DNA of 32,000 nt from the NCBI RefSeq assembly GCF_013365495.1, contig NZ_CP046580.1, positions 180,001 through 212,000 on the forward strand, written 5' to 3'. This DNA comes from Candidatus Saccharimonadota bacterium. GTDB lineage: Bacteria > Pseudomonadota > Alphaproteobacteria > Rickettsiales > Anaplasmataceae. The notes under the pieces are model-generated. The model was not told where the DNA came from. It ran no database searches and saw nothing but the letters and a program-made list of their open reading frames with translations. Both the position numbers and the translations under genes were made by a program. Positions 11,560-18,885 of the stretch are shown in pieces (the stretch's first letter is position 1; each line of letters starts with the position of its first letter).

Positions 11560-11616
11560 AAAAGAGAAAAGAAGATTAGATTATTATTTTATGGTAAAAT
11601 TATGCTTTTCTCTTTT
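11560..11616 (-). terminator. 12-bp perfect inverted repeat in the cvpA-smpB spacer (possible terminator or structured element)
   Basis: AAAAGAGAAAAG (11560-11571) and CTTTTCTCTTTT (11605-11616) are exact reverse complements separated by 33 nt. The repeat starts 20 nt downstream of the cvpA stop. The 3' arm is U-rich, but the loop is large for an intrinsic terminator. Confidence 0.25.
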
Positions 11617-11635
11617 TTATTGTCATATGACTTTA

Positions 11636-12193
11636 TTAATCTGTCATTTTTTTTCCAATTTCTTTGATTTTTAGTATCAACGACTCTGATGTATACATAT
11701 CAACTATATTTTCTATTGTTATAAACAAGGTTTGATAAGAGTGTGAATTTATTATCCAATTAGGTAATACTTCTTCTATTTCTGTTTTAGATTGTTCCTC
11801 TTTTTTATCAGATATTATATAACAATATAAATATATTGCGGAGAATAATATATGAGAAAGTAATATTCCTTTAAGAGTTCCAATACAAATTCCAGTAATT
11901 CTATCAATTAAACCCAATCTTATAGGTAATAATATATACATTAGCCAATTATTTACTATCATGAATATGAAATTAAGTATAGTAAATACAGAAATTGTAG
12001 AAAGTATGTTTTGTATGGTTTTAGAGTTAAAGTATTTACTATAGTTTATAGCAAAAAAGTCATGATAATTGGTTGTTAAAAAAATTGATAAAAACAAAAA
12101 TATTAATGCACATAATTCTTTGATAAAGCCTCTGATTATTGAGATTGTGACACATAAAGTAATGATAAAGATAATTAGGCAATCAAAAAGCAT
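11636..12193 (-). CDS. cvpA: CvpA-family (colicin V production) inner-membrane protein
   Basis: 185-aa ORF with four hydrophobic segments. The IIRGFIKE and DRITGICIGTLKGILL motifs parallel E. coli CvpA (LIRGFVRE, DRVLGVCFGALRGVL). Confidence 0.8.
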   Translation of the reverse strand: MLFDCLIIFIITLCVTISIIRGFIKELCALIFLFLSIFLTTNYHDFFAINYSKYFNSKTIQNILSTISVFTILNFIFMIVNNWLMYILLPIRLGLIDRITGICIGTLKGILLSHILFSAIYLYCYIISDKKEEQSKTEIEEVLPNWIINSHSYQTLFITIENIVDMYTSESLILKIKEIGKKMTD

Positions 12194-12246
12194 ATATGTA
12201 TTTATTAATACTAGAATAGAATAATTGTAATAATAAAATTGTAAAA

Positions 12247-12846
12247 TTAATTATATTTATACTGTATCAGTTGATCCAAATATCTGGCAATTATGTCAAT
12301 TTCTAAATTTAAATGATCATTTACTTTATTAAACTGGAAAGTTGTATTTTGCCATGTATAGAGGATGATGTTTACTGTAAATTCCTGGTTAATAATTGAA
12401 TTTACTGTAAGAGAAACTCCATCTAGGGTTATGGATCCTTTTTTTGCAATGAATTTAATTAATTCTTTTGGACATGATAATTTGATTTCGTGAGAGTCTA
12501 AGTTTTTATTAATTGCTAAAATTTGTGCTGTTTTATCCACATGACCTTGAACTAAGTGGCCATCAATTCTATCACTTAATCTCATTGCTTGCTCTAGATT
12601 TATTTTTTTTCCTACTTTCCATGTATTTAAATTAGAAATTTTTATGGTTTCTTGAGATGCTCGAATTGTGAATGTATCATCAATGATATTGATAGCAGTA
12701 AAACATATACCAGAGCAGGATATTGAATCTCCTGCATGTATAATAGAGGGTAAATTTTGTGTTTTAATGTAGAAGATTTGATCAGAGTTGGAATAGACAA
12801 TAGTATCAATTATAGTTCCAATGCTTGTAATGACTCCTGTAAACAT
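12247..12846 (-). CDS. ribE: riboflavin synthase (alpha chain)
   Basis: 199-aa ORF starting MFTGVITSIG. It has the two lumazine-binding half-repeats GDSISCSGICFT and GSITLDGVSLTV, plus GHVD. Confidence 0.93.
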   Translation of the reverse strand: MFTGVITSIGTIIDTIVYSNSDQIFYIKTQNLPSIIHAGDSISCSGICFTAINIIDDTFTIRASQETIKISNLNTWKVGKKINLEQAMRLSDRIDGHLVQGHVDKTAQILAINKNLDSHEIKLSCPKELIKFIAKKGSITLDGVSLTVNSIINQEFTVNIILYTWQNTTFQFNKVNDHLNLEIDIIARYLDQLIQYKYN

Positions 12847-13943
12847 ATATTAGTAAAACAAAATTATTTTATTATATAAAATTTTTTAAAACAACCTGTT
12901 TCTTATCTTCTGGGGAAAGAAGTTTATTTTACTTATTAGCTGTTTAGTAAATTCTAATTTATATTAGGTATAAATGAGTTAAGTTAAGACTCTTCATGTA
13001 GTGTAATTAGATTGATTACACTGTTAAAATGATATTTTTCCCTTCTATAGTTAGTGAGGTATTTTTCATGTTTTCTAATATTGATTAGAGAGGATGTGTA
13101 AGATTGGGTAAAATAATAAGTCTTTTTAAGGAGAATATAGTCTTTAGTTGACTAGTGGTATTGAAAGAGTAGCATGAATATTTTTTACTTAAGCAATTTT
13201 TAGTGAGTCTAAAATTATTTAGTTTTTTTTTGCATATTACTATAATAATTTTGGATATATGTATAGCTTATTTTTATATTTGATTAAATAAAAGAAAAAA
13301 TTAATATGGATAATGTAACTTGTTTATTTATGGAGTCTTTTTTTTGAGTTACATTATATTCGTTGTTTTTTATTTATTGTAATATTTTTGTTTTTAATTT
13401 AGGGACACTTAATTACTATAAATTGTGAAGGGTTAGGTTTTTCAATGTTTTGTATATGGGTGTAATTAATATCCTTCTATTGAAAATGAGATAGGAAGTA
13501 AAGTATTATTAATAACTCCTTAATTATAGTTTTAATGCTTTTAATATAAATTGCTAATTTTTTGTTAATTTATTTGTATTATTGTAAACTTTTTTTTTAA
13601 TAGATAGATTTTAAAAAAGTTAGTTAGAGAGTTATTCAAGATAGTCTTATACTAAGATACATTTACATTTCTATTACTAGTATTTTTGCTATGATGAAAT
13701 GGAAGCAATATCTCTTTTTTGTAAGATTTTTTTAGTTAATAGTATATATTGATTCTCTTTTTCGTTAGGGAATATTTTATTATATTTATATCCTTCTTTG
13801 AAGGGATTTTGGTAAGTACCTTGCTTTATATATTCTTCTTGAGTTTATATTTATGTATAGTTAATGTGGTCAGTGTGTTAGGATGAGATAAATAAGCTAT
13901 AATTAGTTGCAGATTAGTAATTTGGAGGTTGGGGTAGAGGTTA

Positions 13944-13971
13944 TTGATGTTATTTGTGATTTTGTTATAAT
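13944..13971 (+). promoter_or_regulatory. candidate sigma-70-type promoter upstream of pheS
   Basis: TTGATG (13944-13949), a 16-nt spacer, then a perfect TATAAT (13966-13971), 25 nt upstream of the pheS ATG. The AT-rich background limits confidence. Confidence 0.3.
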
Positions 13972-13995
13972 TAAGTTCAAACTAGTGTTTCTATA

Positions 13996-15039
13996 ATGTA
14001 TAAAGGGCTAATAAATGAGATACTTTCATTTCAAAATAAAGCTATGTTAGAGATTGAAAGTGCTTCTTCTTTAGAGAATTTAGAGAAAGTTAGGTTATTA
14101 TATTTAGGAAAGAGGGGTATAGTTCGAGCGTATTTTAATAGTTTAAAAAAGGTGGAGGATATAAGAAAAAAGCGTAATTTAGGTAAGATTATCAACGTTT
14201 TGCGGGATAAGCTAGATCAGCTTATAATAAATAAGGAAAATATGCTAAAAACTGAGGGAGTTAACTTTAAACTGCAGAGTGAAGTAGTTGATATTACATT
14301 ACCCATTAGGCCGGAAAGGATTGGTAAAGTTCATCCAATCAGTAAGATTATAAATGAAGCAAAGTTCATTTTTGCACATATGGGTTTTAAGGCAGTAAAT
14401 GGTCCAGAAATTGAGGATGAGTTTTATGTATTTGATGCGTTGAACACTCCGAGCTATCATCCTGCACGTGAGGAGCAAGATACTTTTTACTTAAAAAGTA
14501 AAATAGATAATAAAAGGATGCTATTACGTACTCATACTTCATCTGTGCAGGTTAGAGTTATGGAAAAAGCGAAAACTTTTCCAATTAAAATAGTTGCTGC
14601 AGGTAGGGTATATAGGAATGACTTGGATGCAACTCATACTCCAATGTTTCATCAGATTGAAGGGCTATATGTGAATGAAAATATCAATATGGGACAGCTA
14701 AAATTTACTATTCATTACTTTCTCAATAAATTTTTTGGGGATAAAGAGCTAAAGATACGTTTTCGTAATAGTTTTTTTCCTTTTACTGAGCCTTCTGCAG
14801 AAGTGGATGTAAGTTATAAGGATAGTAAATGGATTGAAGTGCTTGGGTGTGGTATGGTACATCCAAACGTTTTTCAAAATGTTGGAATAAACCATACTCA
14901 ATATAGTGGTTTTGCGTTTGGCATTGGTATAGAGAGGCTTGCGATGCTAAAATATCAAATTGGTGACTTAAGAAGCTTTTATACTAATAAAATTCATTGG
15001 CTTAACCATTATGGTTTTCATTTTTTATCCTTAAGGTAA
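13996..15039 (+). CDS. pheS: phenylalanine--tRNA ligase alpha subunit
   Basis: 347-aa ORF with class II aaRS motifs: LLRTHTSSVQVR, GRVYRNDLDATHTPMFHQIEG, and GFAFGIGIERLAML. Confidence 0.96.
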   Translation: MYKGLINEILSFQNKAMLEIESASSLENLEKVRLLYLGKRGIVRAYFNSLKKVEDIRKKRNLGKIINVLRDKLDQLIINKENMLKTEGVNFKLQSEVVDITLPIRPERIGKVHPISKIINEAKFIFAHMGFKAVNGPEIEDEFYVFDALNTPSYHPAREEQDTFYLKSKIDNKRMLLRTHTSSVQVRVMEKAKTFPIKIVAAGRVYRNDLDATHTPMFHQIEGLYVNENINMGQLKFTIHYFLNKFFGDKELKIRFRNSFFPFTEPSAEVDVSYKDSKWIEVLGCGMVHPNVFQNVGINHTQYSGFAFGIGIERLAMLKYQIGDLRSFYTNKIHWLNHYGFHFLSLR

Positions 15040-15040
15040 A

Positions 15041-16297
15041 GTGAAGAATAGAGCTTATACATTTGTTATACTTGCTGCTGGGCATGGTAAGCGAATGAAT
15101 TCAAATTTACCTAAGGTATTACATAAGATAGGTAATTTTTCCATGCTCAAGCATATAGTTTATAACGCAAAACAATTAAGTCCTATAAATATAGCTATTG
15201 TGGTTGATTTGCCTTTGATTGAAAAATTGGAACATTTTGAGAATGTAAAGTTAATTATACAAGAATTGACACTAGGGACAGGAGATGCAGTTAAAACTGC
15301 AATGAGAAATTTAAGAGAGTTACCTGACTCAGGTATAGTTATTGTACAGTATGGAGATACTCCACTTATAAAGAGTAGCACAATAACTAAAATGGTTAGT
15401 TGTTTATTAGAAGGTAAAGCTTTGGTTTGTCTTGGTTTTAAAACTAGCTGTAAGGGATATGGTAAGTTGGTTATTGAGAATGGCTTCTTAAAAAGGATTG
15501 CAGAAGCACAAAATAGCAGAAGTAGTAGTGAAGAATTTCTTGCAAATTCTGGAATAATGGTTGCACAGGCAAAAGATTTGCGTAATTTAGTAGAAAGAAT
15601 CGAATGTGATCGATTAACCCATGAATATTATTTGACAGATATAGTTTCTATTGCAGTAAAGAGTAATTTAAACGTTGGTTATGTTATTACTGATGAAGAA
15701 GAGGCGACTGGTATAAATGATAGAAATGACCTCACAAAAGCTGAGTTTTACTTTCAGGAAAGTCAAAGAAAATTTTTTACTAATTCAGGAATAACTCTTG
15801 TTGCTCCAGAGACTGTTTTTTTCTCTTTTGACACACAAATTGGTGTTAATTCAATTATTTATCCATATGTTTTTTTTGGTCCTGGTGTGAAAATAGGCTC
15901 TGGTGCTAAAATAGGTCCATTTACCAAATGTGGATATACATCGATTGGTGATAATGTAATCATAGGAAACTTTGTCGAGACAAAGGCAAGTGATATAGGT
16001 TCAAGTACTAGGATAAAGCACTTAAGTTATATAGGAGATACTAAAATAGGTATGAAAAGTAATATAGGTGCTGGTGCTGTTGTTTGTAACTATGATGGAA
16101 GGAAAAAATATAAAACAAGTATCGGAAACAATTGTTTTGTTGGTGCAAATAGTTCATTAATTGCGCCGCTTAATATTCATGATGAATCTGTGATTGCAGC
16201 AGGTAGTATTATAGTTAAAGATGTGCCAAAAAAAAGACTTGTGATAACAAGAAGAAGACAAATGGTTAAGAAAATAAAAAAAAGTAATCTTAATTGA
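15041..16297 (+). CDS. glmU: bifunctional UDP-N-acetylglucosamine pyrophosphorylase / glucosamine-1-phosphate N-acetyltransferase (GlmU-like)
   Basis: 418-aa ORF with a GTG start 1 nt after the pheS stop. The N-terminal nucleotidyltransferase motif is FVILAAGHGKRMNSNLPKVLH. The C-terminal left-handed beta-helix hexapeptide repeats include HLSYIGDTKIGMKSNIGAGAVVCNYDGRKKYKTSIG. It is somewhat shorter than typical ~455-aa GlmU. Confidence 0.85.
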   Translation: MKNRAYTFVILAAGHGKRMNSNLPKVLHKIGNFSMLKHIVYNAKQLSPINIAIVVDLPLIEKLEHFENVKLIIQELTLGTGDAVKTAMRNLRELPDSGIVIVQYGDTPLIKSSTITKMVSCLLEGKALVCLGFKTSCKGYGKLVIENGFLKRIAEAQNSRSSSEEFLANSGIMVAQAKDLRNLVERIECDRLTHEYYLTDIVSIAVKSNLNVGYVITDEEEATGINDRNDLTKAEFYFQESQRKFFTNSGITLVAPETVFFSFDTQIGVNSIIYPYVFFGPGVKIGSGAKIGPFTKCGYTSIGDNVIIGNFVETKASDIGSSTRIKHLSYIGDTKIGMKSNIGAGAVVCNYDGRKKYKTSIGNNCFVGANSSLIAPLNIHDESVIAAGSIIVKDVPKKRLVITRRRQMVKKIKKSNLN

Positions 16298-16390
16298 AGA
16301 TTTTTTGTTAAGGTACAAGCTGTTAACAGCGTGTAACACTTTACTTAAGAGAAATGTCATGTATTTATTATTATATTAAGTCTCGACTTT

Positions 16391-16762
16391 TCAGTAGTTT
16401 TTCAATACTGCTGATATCCATATTAAGTTTTGTTTTCGGATCCGGTTTATGAAATCAATCATTTTACAATTAATACATTTTGGATGAGCTGCTTTGTTTC
16501 CATTTTTTGCTCTTGATTCCCTGTAAATACAGAAGCTCATGAAGCTTATGCTCTATTAATATTAAAGTAGCAATGTAATATACAGCAAATTAGCATTATC
16601 TCTTTTTGGTTTACTGCTGTTTTTGTAAGTATTTTCACTTTTTTTTGTAGACTGTTATAATCTTGCATAAGTTTAGTTGGTTCTATATTGCTTTTATCTA
16701 AGCGTACTACTAAATACCTTTTCAAATTGCTCAGCATTAAGGGGCTTTTTAGCTTTTTCTAG
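16391..16762 (-). pseudogene. possible frame-disrupted DksA/TraR-like zinc-finger gene relic
   Basis: Three minus-strand fragments lie in different frames. The first reads LEKAKKPLNAEQFEK.. (16762-16694). The second is the 63-codon ORF 16737-16546. The third is a 49-codon ORF at 16540-16391 reading MSFCIYRESRAKNGNKAAHPKCINCKMIDFINRIRKQN, with the C-x17-C-x2-C spacing of DksA/TraR zinc ribbons. This is motif-level evidence only. Confidence 0.35.
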
Positions 16763-17517
16763 TGCTTATATTTTGATTCATTAGATTCTCATTCTCAAAT
16801 AATAGACATGAAGTCGATTTGTTGGCATTTTTTTACTCTTAATTAATAATGTATTCTCTTTAATTAATTTAGCTTTTTTTAAATCTTGCTTTTATTTTAG
16901 AAATATATTTTCTTTTTGTTACTTACCCTAGAGATCTTTTTAAGATGAGCTAATTTATGATAATAGTTGTTGTTTCATTTTATTTATTAAAGTTTATCAA
17001 GTATTATTTTACTTGTTTATACTTAGTCATGGTGTTCTTTATAAAATTTTGTCATTTTTCGACGAATTGCTCTTATAGTATTAAATTCATATCAGTGAAA
17101 AATTTTTTTTATTCGTATTGTATCAATAAGTTTAGATAAGTAAGTAGTACTATCTTTTGATAAAAGTGTTTTTCTTAAATTATTTATATAATTTATGAAG
17201 ATGCTTTTTTAAATTTTTTAATATTTTTTTTAATTCATAATTATAATAATAGTGCTGTGATTAAGATTTTATTTTTTCCTATATTTATGAATCTTTCATA
17301 TAGTGATAAGTATCAAAAGTACTATGAGAATAGAGTTAAATATCTTTATCTTTATATTTTCTTGATGCGATAGTTAATGATATATATCATATATGATGAT
17401 AAAGTATATTTTGTAAACTTTTTATGGTTGAGAATAGGAGATTTAAAATGACTATTTTATGTTATATTATCATTAAATTGTATTGTATTTAAAAGAATTG
17501 ACTTAAGGAGTAATAAG

Positions 17518-18135
17518 GTGGGTGTGGTCCATCAAAAAATGGTAACAGTTAATGCAGAACTACGTGATGTAACAAAAACAAAGGCGATGCATTCTTTAAG
17601 AAAGAAGGGATATATACCTGCAGTTATATATGGTAAAGGGCATGCTACTATAAATTTAGTATTATCTATGAAGGAGTTTACTAAACAATATAAATTGAGG
17701 TCTTTTTCTGCACACGTGATAAAATTAAATATTTCAGGTAAAGAAGAGTATGCTCTCATTCGTGATATTCAATGGCATGTGGTGAAGGATACTGTGCAAC
17801 ATGTTGATTTTCAGTTTGTTGATAAAGGTGGTGAAGTCAAAATAGATGTACCATTATTATTTATAAATGAAAGTAAATCTCCGGGAATTAAATTAGGTGG
17901 AGTGCTTAATATTTTATGTCGTTCTATTACTATTAAAAGTTCTTTAGATAAAATACCTCGAGCTATAGAAGTTGATTTGTCTGATAAAATGATTGGTCAG
18001 TCTATACATATAAGTGATGTAAAGTTACCTGAGGGTGTGAGGCTTGCAGCCCATGAAGAGGAAAATTTTGCTATTGTCACAATTTCTGCTGTCGATAGTG
18101 GTATTGAAGAATCAAAAACAGAAACAGAGGGATAG
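17518..18135 (+). CDS. rplY: 50S ribosomal protein L25 (Ctc form)
   Basis: 205-aa ORF with LRKKGYIPAVIYGKG near the N-terminus, a Ctc-type C-terminal domain, and an acidic tail. The GTG start at 17518 lies 7 nt after AAGGAG (17505-17510). An alternative ATG is at 17539. Confidence 0.9.
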   Translation: MGVVHQKMVTVNAELRDVTKTKAMHSLRKKGYIPAVIYGKGHATINLVLSMKEFTKQYKLRSFSAHVIKLNISGKEEYALIRDIQWHVVKDTVQHVDFQFVDKGGEVKIDVPLLFINESKSPGIKLGGVLNILCRSITIKSSLDKIPRAIEVDLSDKMIGQSIHISDVKLPEGVRLAAHEEENFAIVTISAVDSGIEESKTETEG

Positions 18136-18685
18136 TTATTTAGTAGTTGGACTTGGTAATCCAGGTAATCAGTACAAACTGACTTACCATAATGTTGGTT
18201 TTCTTGTTGCTGACGCAATTTGTAGGTATTGGAATTTCTATCCATTTTTTAGGGAAGCTGATTATTTAGTAACTTCCGGAGTAATTAATGAAAATAAAAT
18301 TATTTTGCTAAAACCTTACTCATTTATGAATAATTCAGGCATTCCTGTTGCAAGGATACAAAATTTTTATAGGTTATCATTAGATAATATTATTGTTATA
18401 CATGATGATGCTGACTTAAAATTTGGGCAAGTAAAAATAAAGAAAGGTGGCAGTTCTTCTGGACATAATGGCCTGAAATCAGTTGATAGTCTTATTAGTA
18501 ATAATTATTGGCGTTTGAGGTTTGGAATAGGTAGACCTAATGATAAAAAAGGTTTAGCAAATTATGTATTGTCTAAATTTTCGAATCTTGATGAGATTAC
18601 TTTGATAGTAGAGAAAATAGCAAGAAATATATACTTAATACTGCGGAGAGATAATACAGCTTTTATTAGCTTAATTACTCAATAA
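18104..18685 (+). CDS. pth: peptidyl-tRNA hydrolase (start codon uncertain)
   Basis: Contains the motifs LVVGLGNPGNQYKLTYHNVGF and SSSGHNGLKS. The frame is open from 18044 and overlaps the rplY 3' end. There is no ATG near the conserved N-terminus. Candidate starts are TTG 18104 (used here, 193 aa), GTG 18098 and ATG 18053. Confidence 0.88.
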   Translation: MKNQKQKQRDSYLVVGLGNPGNQYKLTYHNVGFLVADAICRYWNFYPFFREADYLVTSGVINENKIILLKPYSFMNNSGIPVARIQNFYRLSLDNIIVIHDDADLKFGQVKIKKGGSSSGHNGLKSVDSLISNNYWRLRFGIGRPNDKKGLANYVLSKFSNLDEITLIVEKIARNIYLILRRDNTAFISLITQ

Positions 18686-18811
18686 TATTTTGTAAAATTG
18701 TGCTATATAATTTAAAAATTAATAAGAAAATTGAAATTAATTTGTAAATAATTTAAAAAAATATATTAAAAGGATACGAATATTTTCTTAATTAAGAAAG
18801 AAATTTTATTG

Positions 18812-18885
18812 GGCGAGCGACCAGGATCGAACTGGCGACATTCAGTACCACAAACTGACACTCTACCAACTGAGCTACACTCGCC
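18812..18885 (-). tRNA. tRNA-His (anticodon GTG) with encoded G-1
   Basis: Hand-folded cloverleaf: G(-1) GCGAGTG TA GCTC AGTTGGTA GAGT G TCAGT TTGTGGT ACTGA ATGTC GCCAG TTCGATC CTGGT CGCTCGC C. All stems pair (three G-T wobbles), the T-loop is TTCGATC, and the discriminator is C73. CCA is not encoded. Confidence 0.93.

Noticed and set aside
12847-13995. Divergent switch from a minus-strand gene block (virB9...ribE) to a plus-strand block (pheS...AsmA-like), considered as a possible replication origin. A perfect TTATCCACA lies at 12533-12541.
   Set aside because: Gene orientation flips at least six times in the window. The single perfect DnaA-box 9-mer lies inside ribE and is about as likely as not by chance. 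Other near-matches (951-959, 6573-6581, about 24826-24834) are scattered rather than clustered.
16319-16330. 12-bp palindrome GCTGTTAACAGC just after the glmU stop.
   Set aside because: As a hairpin it gives only a 4-bp stem. By my rough estimate, palindromes of this length are expected many times per 32 kb.
15160-16360. Minus-strand ORFs of 73 aa (15160-15381) and 67 aa (16157-16360) over glmU.
   Set aside because: They are antisense shadow frames with no recognisable motifs.
16957-17139. 60-aa plus-strand ORF in the glmU-rplY spacer.
   Set aside because: It is a Phe/Tyr/Ile-rich translation of T-rich DNA sitting right at the length cut-off, with no SD.
18044-18103. N-terminal extension of the pth ORF as drawn in the track (TTG 18044, MQPMKRKILLLSQFLL...).
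   Set aside because: The extension is simply the rplY 3' end read in another frame. The conserved Pth sequence starts at about 18140, so a later start is more plausible.
17532-18245. Minus-strand ORFs of 75 aa and 82 aa opposite rplY and pth.
   Set aside because: They are antisense to conserved ribosomal protein and Pth frames.
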